Origin: a plasmid
Sequence record: NZ_CP124633.1
Length of the DNA stretch: 64,000 nt
Strand: one strand, 5' to 3'
Shown here: one piece after another, positions 37,207-46,110 of the stretch
Position numbering within the stretch: the stretch's first letter is position 1
Layout: every line of letters starts with the position of its first letter
The notes under the pieces: generated by a model
Seen by the model: only the letters and a program-made list of their open reading frames with translations
What the model was told of the DNA's origin: nothing
Databases searched by the model: none
Position numbers and translations under genes: made by a program

Positions 37207-39126
37207 CTATAGCCCGCGCGGGTTGTCGAAGTCAGGTTGGCCGTTCTTGGTGGGATAGCTGACTTTGCAGCCGGTGGTGCGATAGCCGCTGCAGCCCCAG
37301 AAGTCGAAGCCGCTCTTGCCGGCTTTCTTGCGGTGGACCAGGGGCAGACCGCACTTGCCGCAGAGGAAGTCACTGGCCGGCGCCGTGGGAGCGCTGGCGG
37401 TAGAGCTTGCTCGCGGGTCGCCCTGTGCGCTGGGATGCGCGCGCAGCGTCTGCAGCTCTGACTGCAGGAGCTGGTAGAACTGCTGGACCACGTTCATGTA
37501 GGTGTCCTCGCTGTTGGCGATCCGGTCCAAGGCGACCTCGAGGTTGCGGGTGAAATCGAGGCTGAGGAAGCTGAAGTTGTGCTCCAGGAGCGCGATGGTG
37601 GCCTCGCCCAGCTCGCCGGGGACCAGGCTTCGCCCCTTCATCTGCACCTGGCCTTTGTCGATGATGTTCTTCACGATCGAGGCGTAGGAGGATGGCCGAC
37701 CAATCCCGCGGCGCTTCATCTCGCCCACCAGGCTGGCATCGGTGAAGCGTTTGGGAGGGGTGGTTTTCTTCTCCAGGACCTCGCCGCTGTAGACCTTGAG
37801 TATCTGGCCTGGCTCCAGCGCCGGGATGGGGCTTGAAGGCGTTTCGTTCTTTTGCTCCTCGGCATCATCGCCCTGCAGCAATTTTCTCCAGCCAGGCACG
37901 TTCAACAGCTTCCCTTTGGCGCCGAAGCGCAGCGGCTTTTTGTCGGGGCCGACGCCCAGGAGGGTGATGGTTCTCACTGCGTACACGGCAGCTTCGATCT
38001 GGCTGGCAAGCGCGCGAACTCGAATGAGCTGGTACAGCGCCTGCTCATCAGCAGTTTCACCGGCGGTAGCGGCCATCCAGTCGGTAGGGGTGATAGCGGG
38101 GTGGCCTTCCTGAGCGTCTTGGTCCGCTTTGAACATTCGCTGTTGCTCTACACACTTCAGCCCCAAGGCTTTGGCGACAGCACGGATATCCGGCATCGAG
38201 TCCTTCGAAATATTGGGGTTGTCCGTTCGGTGGTAAGTGATGAGCCCCTGTTCATACAGCCGCTGGGCGACTTTCATCGTCTTGTCGGGTGACCACTTCA
38301 GTGCATTTCCGGCTGCCATCTGGAGCGAAGAGGAGATGAACGGTGCCGGAGGCGTATCGGTTTCTTCGCCATCAATGCAGGTCTCGACGATCACATTGCG
38401 TATAGCCCCCACCAGTTCTGCGAGTTGACGATCCTGGACATACGGAAATTCCTTGCTGGCAAACGTGGGCACTGGATCCCACTCCGCCTTCCAGGTGCGG
38501 CCGTCGCTGGGCGAAACGAAGGCCAGTTCCACCCCGAAATGCTTGATTGGTGTGAAGGCGCGAATCTCCCGCTCTCGCAGGACCACCAGGTACACAGCGA
38601 CGGACTGCACGCGCCCGGCGGTGGTTGGCCTGCCCATCACGCGCCGCAACTCTGGCGTGACCAGATATCCCACCAGGCGATCGATGACGCGACGGCATTC
38701 CTGCGAGGCGACCTTCGGGAGGTCCAGGCGACGCGGCGAGCTGAGTTCGGCGCTGATGCATGACTTGGTGATCTCTTTGAAGGCAACGCGCTTGTAGTTC
38801 TTGATCCCGGCAGCCTGGAGTATGTGCCAGCCGATGCTTTCGCCTTCCCGATCCGGGTCGGATGCGACGTAGACTTCCACGGCTTTCTGCCGCAGCTCCT
38901 GCAGCCGTGCGACGATTTTTTCCTTGCCCGAAAGGATCTGGTAGTGGGGTTTGAAATCCTGGCCTACGCCGACGGTGAGCATCTGCGGATCCTGGCCGTG
39001 AACGGGTAGGTCTCTGATGTGACCGGCAGTCGCTTCGACCTGCCAGGTCACGTCGGGACGAATGGAGGGGAGAAGGGACCGCAGCTTTTTCAGCTTGCCC
39101 GGGGCTTCAATGATTACAAGGTGCAT
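37207..39126 (-). CDS. topB: DNA topoisomerase III (type IA) with C-terminal zinc ribbon
   Basis: Toprim N-terminus MHLVIIEAPGK, CGKCG...C...C tail. Confidence 0.85.
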   Translation of the reverse strand: MHLVIIEAPGKLKKLRSLLPSIRPDVTWQVEATAGHIRDLPVHGQDPQMLTVGVGQDFKPHYQILSGKEKIVARLQELRQKAVEVYVASDPDREGESIGWHILQAAGIKNYKRVAFKEITKSCISAELSSPRRLDLPKVASQECRRVIDRLVGYLVTPELRRVMGRPTTAGRVQSVAVYLVVLREREIRAFTPIKHFGVELAFVSPSDGRTWKAEWDPVPTFASKEFPYVQDRQLAELVGAIRNVIVETCIDGEETDTPPAPFISSSLQMAAGNALKWSPDKTMKVAQRLYEQGLITYHRTDNPNISKDSMPDIRAVAKALGLKCVEQQRMFKADQDAQEGHPAITPTDWMAATAGETADEQALYQLIRVRALASQIEAAVYAVRTITLLGVGPDKKPLRFGAKGKLLNVPGWRKLLQGDDAEEQKNETPSSPIPALEPGQILKVYSGEVLEKKTTPPKRFTDASLVGEMKRRGIGRPSSYASIVKNIIDKGQVQMKGRSLVPGELGEATIALLEHNFSFLSLDFTRNLEVALDRIANSEDTYMNVVQQFYQLLQSELQTLRAHPSAQGDPRASSTASAPTAPASDFLCGKCGLPLVHRKKAGKSGFDFWGCSGYRTTGCKVSYPTKNGQPDFDNPRGL

Positions 39127-39241
39127 CGTCGGAGTCTCTCGGAACAGTCGGTCGAACTGTCGCGATTAGTGAGTGGGCCAACAATGAGAAATGAACGGTG
39201 CGTTGTTGCAGTTTTCGGGAGGTGCTGTAGAGCGGGATCGA

Positions 39242-39439
39242 TCAGAAATCGAGCTGCTGTTGCTGCTCCTGGGCAAACCCTTTCAACCAGGACGCCCGCA
39301 TCGCAGGATGACTGTAGGGGCAGTCGAACACCCGTAGCCCTTTCCGCGCGGCCTCAGCACCAATAGCCCGTACAGTCCGGTGGGGATCGTTGAAGTGTCG
39401 TCTGTCCAGCTTGTCGGTACCGGTCGCTTTCTTTGACAC
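39242..39439 (-). CDS. crpP: CrpP-like Rmf-fold small protein (65 aa; GTG start), family originally reported as ciprofloxacin-modifying but later disputed
   Basis: (M)SKKATGTDKLDRRHFNDPHRTVRAIGAEAARKGLRVFDCPYSHPAMRASWLKGFAQEQQQQLDF; GAGGTG SD before GTG; ORF track's upstream ATG lacks SD. Confidence 0.55.
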   Translation of the reverse strand: MSKKATGTDKLDRRHFNDPHRTVRAIGAEAARKGLRVFDCPYSHPAMRASWLKGFAQEQQQQLDF

Positions 39440-39465
39440 ACTGCACCTCGTACTGGTCGAGATTT

Positions 39466-39932
39466 CCGAATCGGAAGTTCTTGCCACCAGCAACTTCACG
39501 AACGGGCGGCCAAAATTAAGGATGCTGGTTCATCAGCTGTTTCCGGTATAACTGATCATGTTGGTTGCTCCAGTCGCTGGAATGCTTGTCGATGTTGCGG
39601 GCGGCGAAGAATGGTTCTAGCCACCTGCAACTTCACGAGTGGGCGCGGTAAATTAAGACCGGCGTTTCACCGTCGCTTCGGCAATGCGCTGAGCCACTCG
39701 GATGAAGGTCGCTCGATCTTCTTCCTCCATAAGCGCCATGCACTTCAGTACGGAGATCTCGTCGGCGCTGAGGGGAGGCCTGGTCAACGGCTCTGGGCAA
39801 TGTGAACCTGCTTGGTCATCTTTCCTGTTCATGGCGGATTTCCTGTCGGGCGAGTCTTTGTAGAGGCTGCGGGCGGCGAAGAGTAGTGCTTGCCACCCGC
39901 AGCTTCACGAATGGGCGGCCAAAAATTAAGCC
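39466..39932. repeat. three 55-65-bp direct repeats (39466..39521, 39597..39660, 39867..39932) sharing core GCCACCnGCAaCTTCACGAnnGGGCGgcnAAAATTAAG
   Basis: read directly; each follows a gene end on the minus strand (ssb, 59-aa ORF) or precedes crpP. Confidence 0.6.
39653..39832 (-). CDS. hypothetical small protein (59 aa) between repeats, tentative
   Basis: own translation MNRKDDQAGSHCPEPLTRPPLSADEISVLKCMALMEEEDRATFIRVAQRIAEATVKRRS. Confidence 0.3.
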   Translation of the reverse strand: MNRKDDQAGSHCPEPLTRPPLSADEISVLKCMALMEEEDRATFIRVAQRIAEATVKRRS

Positions 39933-39937
39933 ACCTG

Positions 39938-40426
39938 TTACATGGGGATGTCGTCGTCGAAGGCGCTGTCGTAGTCCTGCTGCGAGCGCGCATCCTGCTG
40001 AGTAGGTTGCGGCGGCACCTGCCGAGTCTGCTGATGCTGGGTCGATTGGCCATTGGTCGACGGCAACAGGGTGACCTCGGCCAGGCGATGCGGAAGGATG
40101 GAAATGCGCGAGGCTTCGACCTTCAGCGCCTGGACTTCTTCGCCTGACTCTTTGTCGGGCCAGCGGTCCATGATCGCCCGGCCTTCGACCTTGACGCGCA
40201 TCCCTTTCGCGAACAGTTCGGCGAAACGCTGGGCATCCTGATGCCACCACTCGACGCTGCACCAGAAGCCGCCGCGATCCTTGTAGCCACCTTGGCCATC
40301 GGGAATCGAGTTGTCGAACATCACGTTCAGTCGCAGCAACTGCCGCGGGGGATTGTTGCCGTTCGGGAAGCTGCGGTGCTCCGGCGCCGAGCCGATGTTG
40401 CCTTCCCAGAAGACGGGGGTAGCCAT
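39938..40426 (-). CDS. ssb: single-stranded DNA-binding protein
   Basis: OB-fold N-domain, Gln-rich linker, acidic tail DDDIPM. Confidence 0.85.
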   Translation of the reverse strand: MATPVFWEGNIGSAPEHRSFPNGNNPPRQLLRLNVMFDNSIPDGQGGYKDRGGFWCSVEWWHQDAQRFAELFAKGMRVKVEGRAIMDRWPDKESGEEVQALKVEASRISILPHRLAEVTLLPSTNGQSTQHQQTRQVPPQPTQQDARSQQDYDSAFDDDIPM

Positions 40427-40455
40427 GATGAATCTCCAGTCGGTTGAGTCGGGGG

Positions 40456-41286
40456 TTAGTGGGTGGAGCGTGGTTTGAAGGGGGAGCGAGTGGCGCGGCT
40501 GGCCACGTACCCGAGCAGTTCACGGGTTTGCCGAGCCGTTGCAGCCAAGGTGTTGGCCATGTGCTCCTTGAACACTTCGCTGGCCAGCTTTTCGACGCCG
40601 CTGTCGTAAAGGGAGTTGAACAGCAGCTCCGCGTCATGAGCGGAGCGCAGCAAGCCGTAGAGCAGGTCCTTGGCGATGGAGGAGCCGGCCACGCTGGGCA
40701 AGGACTTGGCGGCCACACCTTCACCGATGATCTGCCCCTGGAGGAAGTTCAGGGCCTGCTTGATCTGCTCGGGATTCGCCGCGTCCAAGGACTCGACGGC
40801 CAGGTAGTTGCATACGACCTGTTCTGTCCTGGGTCGGGCCGGCTCGCCGAGGGTGTGGTCGCGCATCAGGTCGAGGGTCTTGATAGCGAACTGGAGCAGG
40901 TGGTTGTGGCTGAGGATCTCGGGTTGCTCGATGATCGCCTGTTCCATCTTGTTGAAGGCGTTGATGTAAGCGACCTTCCAGTGCATAGCCTCCTTGCCAG
41001 TGAACCCCATGCAGAGAAGGGTGAAGCCGTCGCGAGTCATGCGCACGTATGGCTCTGGCCTGTTGTTCGCTCCTGTGCGGGAACACTCCTCAAAATTGAG
41101 GAGTGCAAAATCCTCGGGACATTCCAAGTTTTTGATATCCCGTAACACGTTGTCGTGCCTCTTCCGAAAATGCTTGGCGACGTCGAGGCTGGTCGTGGTG
41201 GGCTTGCCGCCGATGATCTCGACGCTGACCTCGGTGGAGGGCTGGGCTTTGGTGTTGGAAACGGTCTTGCTGCTGATGTTGCTCAT
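40456..41286 (-). CDS. Rha-family phage-type regulatory protein
   Basis: start MSNISSK with GGAGAGA SD; TTSLDVAKHFRKRHDNVLRDIKNL. Confidence 0.6.
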   Translation of the reverse strand: MSNISSKTVSNTKAQPSTEVSVEIIGGKPTTTSLDVAKHFRKRHDNVLRDIKNLECPEDFALLNFEECSRTGANNRPEPYVRMTRDGFTLLCMGFTGKEAMHWKVAYINAFNKMEQAIIEQPEILSHNHLLQFAIKTLDLMRDHTLGEPARPRTEQVVCNYLAVESLDAANPEQIKQALNFLQGQIIGEGVAAKSLPSVAGSSIAKDLLYGLLRSAHDAELLFNSLYDSGVEKLASEVFKEHMANTLAATARQTRELLGYVASRATRSPFKPRSTH

Positions 41287-41333
41287 GTTGTCTCTCCGTT
41301 GGTGATCGTTTCGTCGAAGGTAGAGCGGTACAG

Positions 41334-41882
41334 CTACATGCCCACGGAACCAGGGCGGGTCTGACTCTGCTGCAGTCGGCCCATGAACTCGGCCTCGGCC
41401 TGGCCCATCTTTTCCGCGCACTCGGCGGCCTGCTTGCCGATGGAGTGGATCAGGCTGATCTGCATGTTGAGGGTGATGCGCTGCAGCTCCATCTCGTAGA
41501 GGTCTTGCAGCAGGTATTCCGGGGTCTTGTCCTGGCGCAGCATTTCCGCCCACACCCCGACGCCCATCCGCCGGGTTGCAATGTGCTGCCAGCGAAGAAA
41601 GGTGGTGCGGGCGGATGTGCGCTGCTCGATGAGTCGGGTGGGCAGTAGAGTGAAGGGTGGGCGACGAACCTGGGCCAGCAGTCCCTGGGCAAGTTCAAGC
41701 AATCCCTGCTCCAGGACTTCGCACTGTTCCGCCAACTGGGCCAGCTCCCCCTTACCTTTAAAAGGCTTTAAAAGGCCTTTTAGTGAGGCACTGTGTTGCA
41801 GCGCCTGGAAGGCAGTTTGTTGCAGTGGGCGGAAGGCACTTTGTTGCAGAGCGCCTTGCTGGTCCTTATCGAGCTGCCGCAT
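41334..41882 (-). CDS. hypothetical protein; N-terminal 40 codons coincide with a DNA repeat array (see 41735..41887), start may be downstream TTG
   Basis: ORF with GAGGA SD at 41882. Confidence 0.45.
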   Translation of the reverse strand: MRQLDKDQQGALQQSAFRPLQQTAFQALQHSASLKGLLKPFKGKGELAQLAEQCEVLEQGLLELAQGLLAQVRRPPFTLLPTRLIEQRTSARTTFLRWQHIATRRMGVGVWAEMLRQDKTPEYLLQDLYEMELQRITLNMQISLIHSIGKQAAECAEKMGQAEAEFMGRLQQSQTRPGSVGM

Positions 41883-41887
41883 TCCGA
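41735..41887 (-). promoter_or_regulatory. three ~24-bp-spaced direct repeats CTGCAACA(A/C)A(G/C)TGCCTYC plus palindrome AAAAGGCCTTTT
   Basis: read on minus strand between stop of 41888..42616 and body of 41334..41882; same CTGCAACAA motif ~90 bp upstream of topB (39204..39211). Confidence 0.4.
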
Positions 41888-42616
41888 TCAGTCCTCGAGC
41901 TCGACACGGTCAGCGTCATCATCGGCATCACTGTCAGAGCGGCCCCGGGTGATCGGCGGAGCGAAGTTCGAGCGTCGGGTGCCCTCCAGGATGTCCTGCG
42001 GGATCTCGCCGAACTTCTCGTACATCTTCCGCGCGGCTTCGGCGCGAGCATTGTTTGCGGCGAAGTCGTCGCGAGTAGCGCCCGAGAACTGGTAGCTCTG
42101 GGCCAGACCAAAGAGGCTGCGCAGCACCGACGCACCTTCGTCGAGCCAGACCTCCATGTCGCGGCGACCGACCAGCCCGACGTGCTGGGCCAGCAGGATT
42201 CGACGGGCGAGTTCGTCGTAGTTGGTCAGGAGATAGACTGCCTTGAAGCCGAGAGGGTTGGAGATGAACAACGGGACCTTGACCGGTGTGACGGACAGGT
42301 TCTCGGAGATATCGAGGGTCGCTGGCAGCTTGGCCATGACGTCATCCAGCCGCTGGTCGATGGCCTTGAGTGCGGCTTGGCAGATCTCGACTTTCTCTTC
42401 GATCTGAACCAGCCACCAGTCGGAGTACGGATCGTCCTGTGCCGCCCCGCGGTGCATGCGATTCACGTAGGCGCAGAAGCCGGAGAGGCCGAGGATGCTG
42501 TGCTTGGCATCCGACTTCTGCCTGCCTGTCCAGATGCGGGCGGCGTGATAGGTGTGAAGCGTCAGGGCGACATCGCTGCGGAGAGAGCCGATCTGAAGCC
42601 GATGGGTTTCAGCCAT
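41888..42616 (-). CDS. conserved ICE protein (TIGR03761-like)
   Basis: start MAETHRLQIGS with AAGGAAC SD. Confidence 0.5.
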   Translation of the reverse strand: MAETHRLQIGSLRSDVALTLHTYHAARIWTGRQKSDAKHSILGLSGFCAYVNRMHRGAAQDDPYSDWWLVQIEEKVEICQAALKAIDQRLDDVMAKLPATLDISENLSVTPVKVPLFISNPLGFKAVYLLTNYDELARRILLAQHVGLVGRRDMEVWLDEGASVLRSLFGLAQSYQFSGATRDDFAANNARAEAARKMYEKFGEIPQDILEGTRRSNFAPPITRGRSDSDADDDADRVELED

Positions 42617-42772
42617 GGTGCAGTGTTCCTTTATAGGGAAGGGGTTCGGCCACATCGTGCTGATCGGGGTAGGAGCGCGCAGTAGGAAATACATGGTTCG
42701 CCGCTGGGGTATTTCCGCTGGCAGTGCGGGTTCATCATCATCCCGCTTGCGGCTCATGGAGGTTGGCTTCCT

Positions 42773-42970
42773 TCAGCTCTTGGCCCCCTCGGGGGCGTTG
42801 TCTATCGCTACGTCGACGCAACTTTTGAGCTTGCCGAGCAGCTCGCTCAGTTCCTGCAGCTCCGTAAAGTCGATAGGCCATTCATCGTTGTCGTTGAATA
42901 GGGTTGCCAGCCCTAGCAGCCGCTCGAATTCGAGTTCGTCCATAGGGGCATACACGATTGAGTCGCACAT
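42773..42970 (-). CDS. small acidic protein (65 aa) immediately downstream of the 57-bp array, tentative
   Basis: MCDSIVYAPMDELEFERLLGLATLFNDNDEWPIDFTELQELSELLGKLKSCVDVAIDNAPEGAKS; AGGAA SD; non-repetitive, protein-like. Confidence 0.3.
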   Translation of the reverse strand: MCDSIVYAPMDELEFERLLGLATLFNDNDEWPIDFTELQELSELLGKLKSCVDVAIDNAPEGAKS

Positions 42971-43004
42971 CTTTTCGGTTCCTATTGGGTGGGAGAAGTT
43001 GATA

Positions 43005-43965
43005 GCCGCCACCGGCGCCGAAGTCAGTTCCTGGTGGAGTGGTTCCAGTGGAACCACCCAACTCGCCGCCGGCGCCGAAGTCAGTTCCTGGTGAAGTGGT
43101 TCCAGTGGAACCACCCAACTCGCCGTCGGCGCCGAAGTCAGTTCCTAGTGGAGTGGTTCCAGTGGAACCACCCAACTCGCCGCCGGCGCCGAAGTCAGTT
43201 CCTGGTGAAGTGGTGCCAGTGGCACCACCCAGCTCGTCGACGGCGCCGAGGCCTGGTCCTGGCGGAGTGTTGCCAGTGGCAACACCCAGCTCGCCGTCGG
43301 CGCCGAAGTCAGTTCCTGGTGAAGTGGTTCCAGTGGAACCACCCAACTCGCCACCGGCGCGGAGGTCGGTTCCTGGTGAAGTGGTGCCAGTGGCACCACC
43401 CAGCTCGTCGACGGCGCCGAGGCCTGGTCCTGGCGGAGTGTTGCCAGTGGCAACACCCAGCTCGTCGACGGCGCCGAGGCCTGGTCCTGGCGGAGTGTTG
43501 CCAGTGGCAACACCCAGCTCGCCGCCGGCGCTGGGGTCGGTCCCTGGTGGGGTGATTCCAGTGGAACCACCCAACTCGCCGTCGGCGCCGAAGTCAGTTC
43601 CTGGTGGAGTGGTTCCAGTGGAACCACCCAACTCGCCGCCGGCGCCGAAGTCAGTTCCTGGTGGAGTGGTTCCAGTGGAACCACCCAACTCGCCACCGGC
43701 GCGGAGGTCGGTTCCTGGTGAAGTGGTGCCAGTGGCACCACCCAGCTCGTCGACGGCGCCGAGGCCTGGTCCTGGCGGAGTGTTGCCAGTGGCACCACCC
43801 AGCTCGCCGCCGGCGCTGGGGTCGGTCCCTGGTGGGGTGATTCCAGTGGAATCACCCAACTCCTCGACGGCGCCGAGGTCGATCCTTGGCAGAGTGTTTC
43901 CACTGGAAACACCCAGTTCGCCACCGGTGCCGAGGTCAGGACCTGGCAGAGTGATGCGGGCCGCA
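43005..43965. repeat. ~17 tandem copies of a 57-bp repeat (unit ...GAAGTCAGTTCCTGGTGGAGTGGTTCCAGTGGAACCACCCAACTCGCCGCCGGCGCC); matches the sixteen-57-bp-repeat putative oriV described for pKLC102-type elements
   Basis: period counted directly; two frames on each strand stay open across it. Confidence 0.85.
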
Positions 43966-43999
43966 TCACCAAAAAACACGACGCCCGACCGAGACTTTC

Positions 44000-45331
44000 T
44001 CATGGCTCATCACCCCGCTCGGATGGCACGCTCGATCCGTGCCTGGGCCGAATGAGGTCCTTGAGCCGGCTGAGGACTTCGTTCCCTGTCCGGGTATCCC
44101 CCTTCGGCTGAACCTGAGGCTGTGTAGGCGTTGTGGGGCTTGGTGGTGCCGGAGCACGACTGGGGCGTTCCGCTGCTGGGATGGTTCGTTCAGCCGGTTC
44201 TTCCGGAGCCCAAGAAGCGTTGAACTTTCCCTGGACTGCACGCTGGATGAGCGTCATGAGGTAGCCGAACGGATTACCGACGGTTCCGCCGGCACATCGG
44301 TGCCGCCACTGCTCGATGATGGGTAGCCGAAGCTCCTCGGACACCCGTCGGAGCGCGCTTACCGCCTGGAACCGTTGCTCGCCCTCCAGTCCGTTCAGGA
44401 GATCCTGCCAGTTCGGATGTGCTTCCTCGCGTGTTCGCGGTTGTACTGGTTTTTTAAATACAGAATCTTGTTTGTATGTATACGTACTATATGAGTTCGG
44501 CATCCGAACCAAGGGCGTACTCGGCGGATTCTGTCTGGGTTCGGCATCCGAACTCAGCGGTAAAGCGCATTGCTTGCCGCTGATTTCACTGAGTTCGGCA
44601 TCCGAACTCGGGGTTGAATGAGGTAGATCGGGCAGAGTTCGGATGCCGAACTCTGCCGCTGGATCTGCTTCGAGCTGACTATCGATAGCCCATTGCTGGT
44701 GGTTCAAGCGTCCCTCGAGCTTCTCCAGATGGGTTGGGAGGCGGCGACCAACGTCCGGGTCATCCCTGAACTCCCGCCATGTGACCTGGCCGATTTCGCG
44801 TATGGCTCGGTTGCTGTCGCCGGTGGACTGGCTCAGCAACTGCATGTAGTCGGGGTCCAGCTCCAGGGCTTCTGCCGGGGATACCGGTTCGTCGTGGAGG
44901 ATGTAGACGTTGCCCTGTACTTGCCCGTTGAGGTCGTTGCGCAGGCGACGGCCGAGACTGAGCCAGCGTGTCAACCGAAGGACCTTGAGTGCCTTGGCGA
45001 TGGTTTCGCGCGAGGCGATCTTACCCGGCTGCATGCCGAGATAAGGGCGTAGTTGCTCGTATGTAGGGAACGCGGTCAGCCCGTCGTCGTTGATGAGCAA
45101 GCGGAACACTTGCCAGCAGTTCCGCTCCAGCGGGGTGAGGCGTTTATCCAGCAGCAGGCGCCGAGGAACGGTTTCATGCGGGTTGCCGCTGAAAATGATG
45201 CCGGAATATTGTTGAGCCAGCGGTTCGCCGCTCTCGGCATCAAGCCGCTTCTTAAACAAGTGGGCCTCGAGATGTCCCGAGGCCGAGTCCAGCAGAGTCG
45301 AAATGGGAAAGCGCGACAGCCTCATTGTCAT
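44000..45331 (-). CDS. STY4528-like ICE replication-initiator protein
   Basis: 443-aa ORF, N-terminal wHTH domain, low-complexity linker, conserved C-domain ...NPFGYLMTLIQRAV... Confidence 0.6.
   Translation of the reverse strand: MTMRLSRFPISTLLDSASGHLEAHLFKKRLDAESGEPLAQQYSGIIFSGNPHETVPRRLLLDKRLTPLERNCWQVFRLLINDDGLTAFPTYEQLRPYLGMQPGKIASRETIAKALKVLRLTRWLSLGRRLRNDLNGQVQGNVYILHDEPVSPAEALELDPDYMQLLSQSTGDSNRAIREIGQVTWREFRDDPDVGRRLPTHLEKLEGRLNHQQWAIDSQLEADPAAEFGIRTLPDLPHSTPSSDAELSEISGKQCALPLSSDAEPRQNPPSTPLVRMPNSYSTYTYKQDSVFKKPVQPRTREEAHPNWQDLLNGLEGEQRFQAVSALRRVSEELRLPIIEQWRHRCAGGTVGNPFGYLMTLIQRAVQGKFNASWAPEEPAERTIPAAERPSRAPAPPSPTTPTQPQVQPKGDTRTGNEVLSRLKDLIRPRHGSSVPSERGDEP
44408..44655. promoter_or_regulatory. 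origin-like module inside the rep ORF: 45-bp AT-rich tract (44446..44490) plus four GAGTTCGG-CAT/ATG-CCGAACTC palindromes at 44486, 44539, 44593, 44637
   Basis: read directly; arms 6-11 bp, spacing 53/54/44 bp. Confidence 0.45.
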
Positions 45332-46083
45332 GGTGTCGTATCGCCTTCGGACTGAACCAGGTTGAGGAGTTGCTGCTGCGCAGACTCAATCTCCAAGCGG
45401 GGGCTCTGTGGCGGGTGAGCCGTAGGCGAGGGGAGGTGAGCGCTGACGTTGGCCAGGTAAAGGGTGGCGGGCTTGGCCTGTTCTTTCCTGTTTGGTTGGT
45501 AGAGGCTGTCTTTCAACCAGCTCTGGATGAGAGACCAAACGATGGCGAGGCTGATGAACTCTGGACTGTCTTGTTCGACTCCGGCGTTGACTTCCTCGGT
45601 GAGGATCATCGCGATGTCCAGCAACTCCATGCTGTCCTCGAGGCGGACCTGGTTTTCCTGCATCAGGTGCTCCCAGCGGAACCAAATCTGGCGTTCGGTC
45701 TGTTCGTCAAGTTGCCGCCAGCGACCGCGGCGCGGGTGGATCTCCAGGATCAAGCGCTTGGTGGCGGTGTCCTCCGGCGACAGACCGAAAAAGCTCTGAA
45801 TCATCGTTGTGGTGGCTCCCAGCTTCAGTGCGCGTTCGATCTGCAGCTCTTCCTGCGCGCTGCGCTCGGCTGTGGCCAGGATTTTCTCCATGACGTCGAT
45901 GTTCACTCTGACGTCTACCCAAGAAACCGGGGTATTGGTCAGGATGCTCATGACGGCGGGCTGTTGGAGCTGGGCCAGGATCTCCGGCCGCAGTCCCATC
46001 TCGGCACAACGCCTGAGCTGGCCGTTGCGCAGGTGGTTGATCACCTGCGTCAGGACCGCTTCATTGATCAACGACTTCGACAT
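45328..46083 (-). CDS. DUF2857-like ICE protein
   Basis: 251-aa ORF, ATGA coupling. Confidence 0.5.
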   Translation of the reverse strand: MSKSLINEAVLTQVINHLRNGQLRRCAEMGLRPEILAQLQQPAVMSILTNTPVSWVDVRVNIDVMEKILATAERSAQEELQIERALKLGATTTMIQSFFGLSPEDTATKRLILEIHPRRGRWRQLDEQTERQIWFRWEHLMQENQVRLEDSMELLDIAMILTEEVNAGVEQDSPEFISLAIVWSLIQSWLKDSLYQPNRKEQAKPATLYLANVSAHLPSPTAHPPQSPRLEIESAQQQLLNLVQSEGDTTP

Positions 46084-46110
46084 GTCGATCCCTCCCCTAA
46101 TCGTGCGAAA

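Noticed and set aside
43005-43965. Possible CRISPR array
   Set aside because: The repeats are contiguous 57-bp tandem units with no unique spacers and no cas genes. This is a tandem repeat, consistent with the pKLC102-type oriV array.
43039-44055. Plus-strand Pro-rich ORF (GEVVPVEPPNSPPAPKSVP repeats) across the array
   Set aside because: It is on the opposite strand to every neighbouring gene and lacks a start context. It was kept only as an all-frames-open observation.
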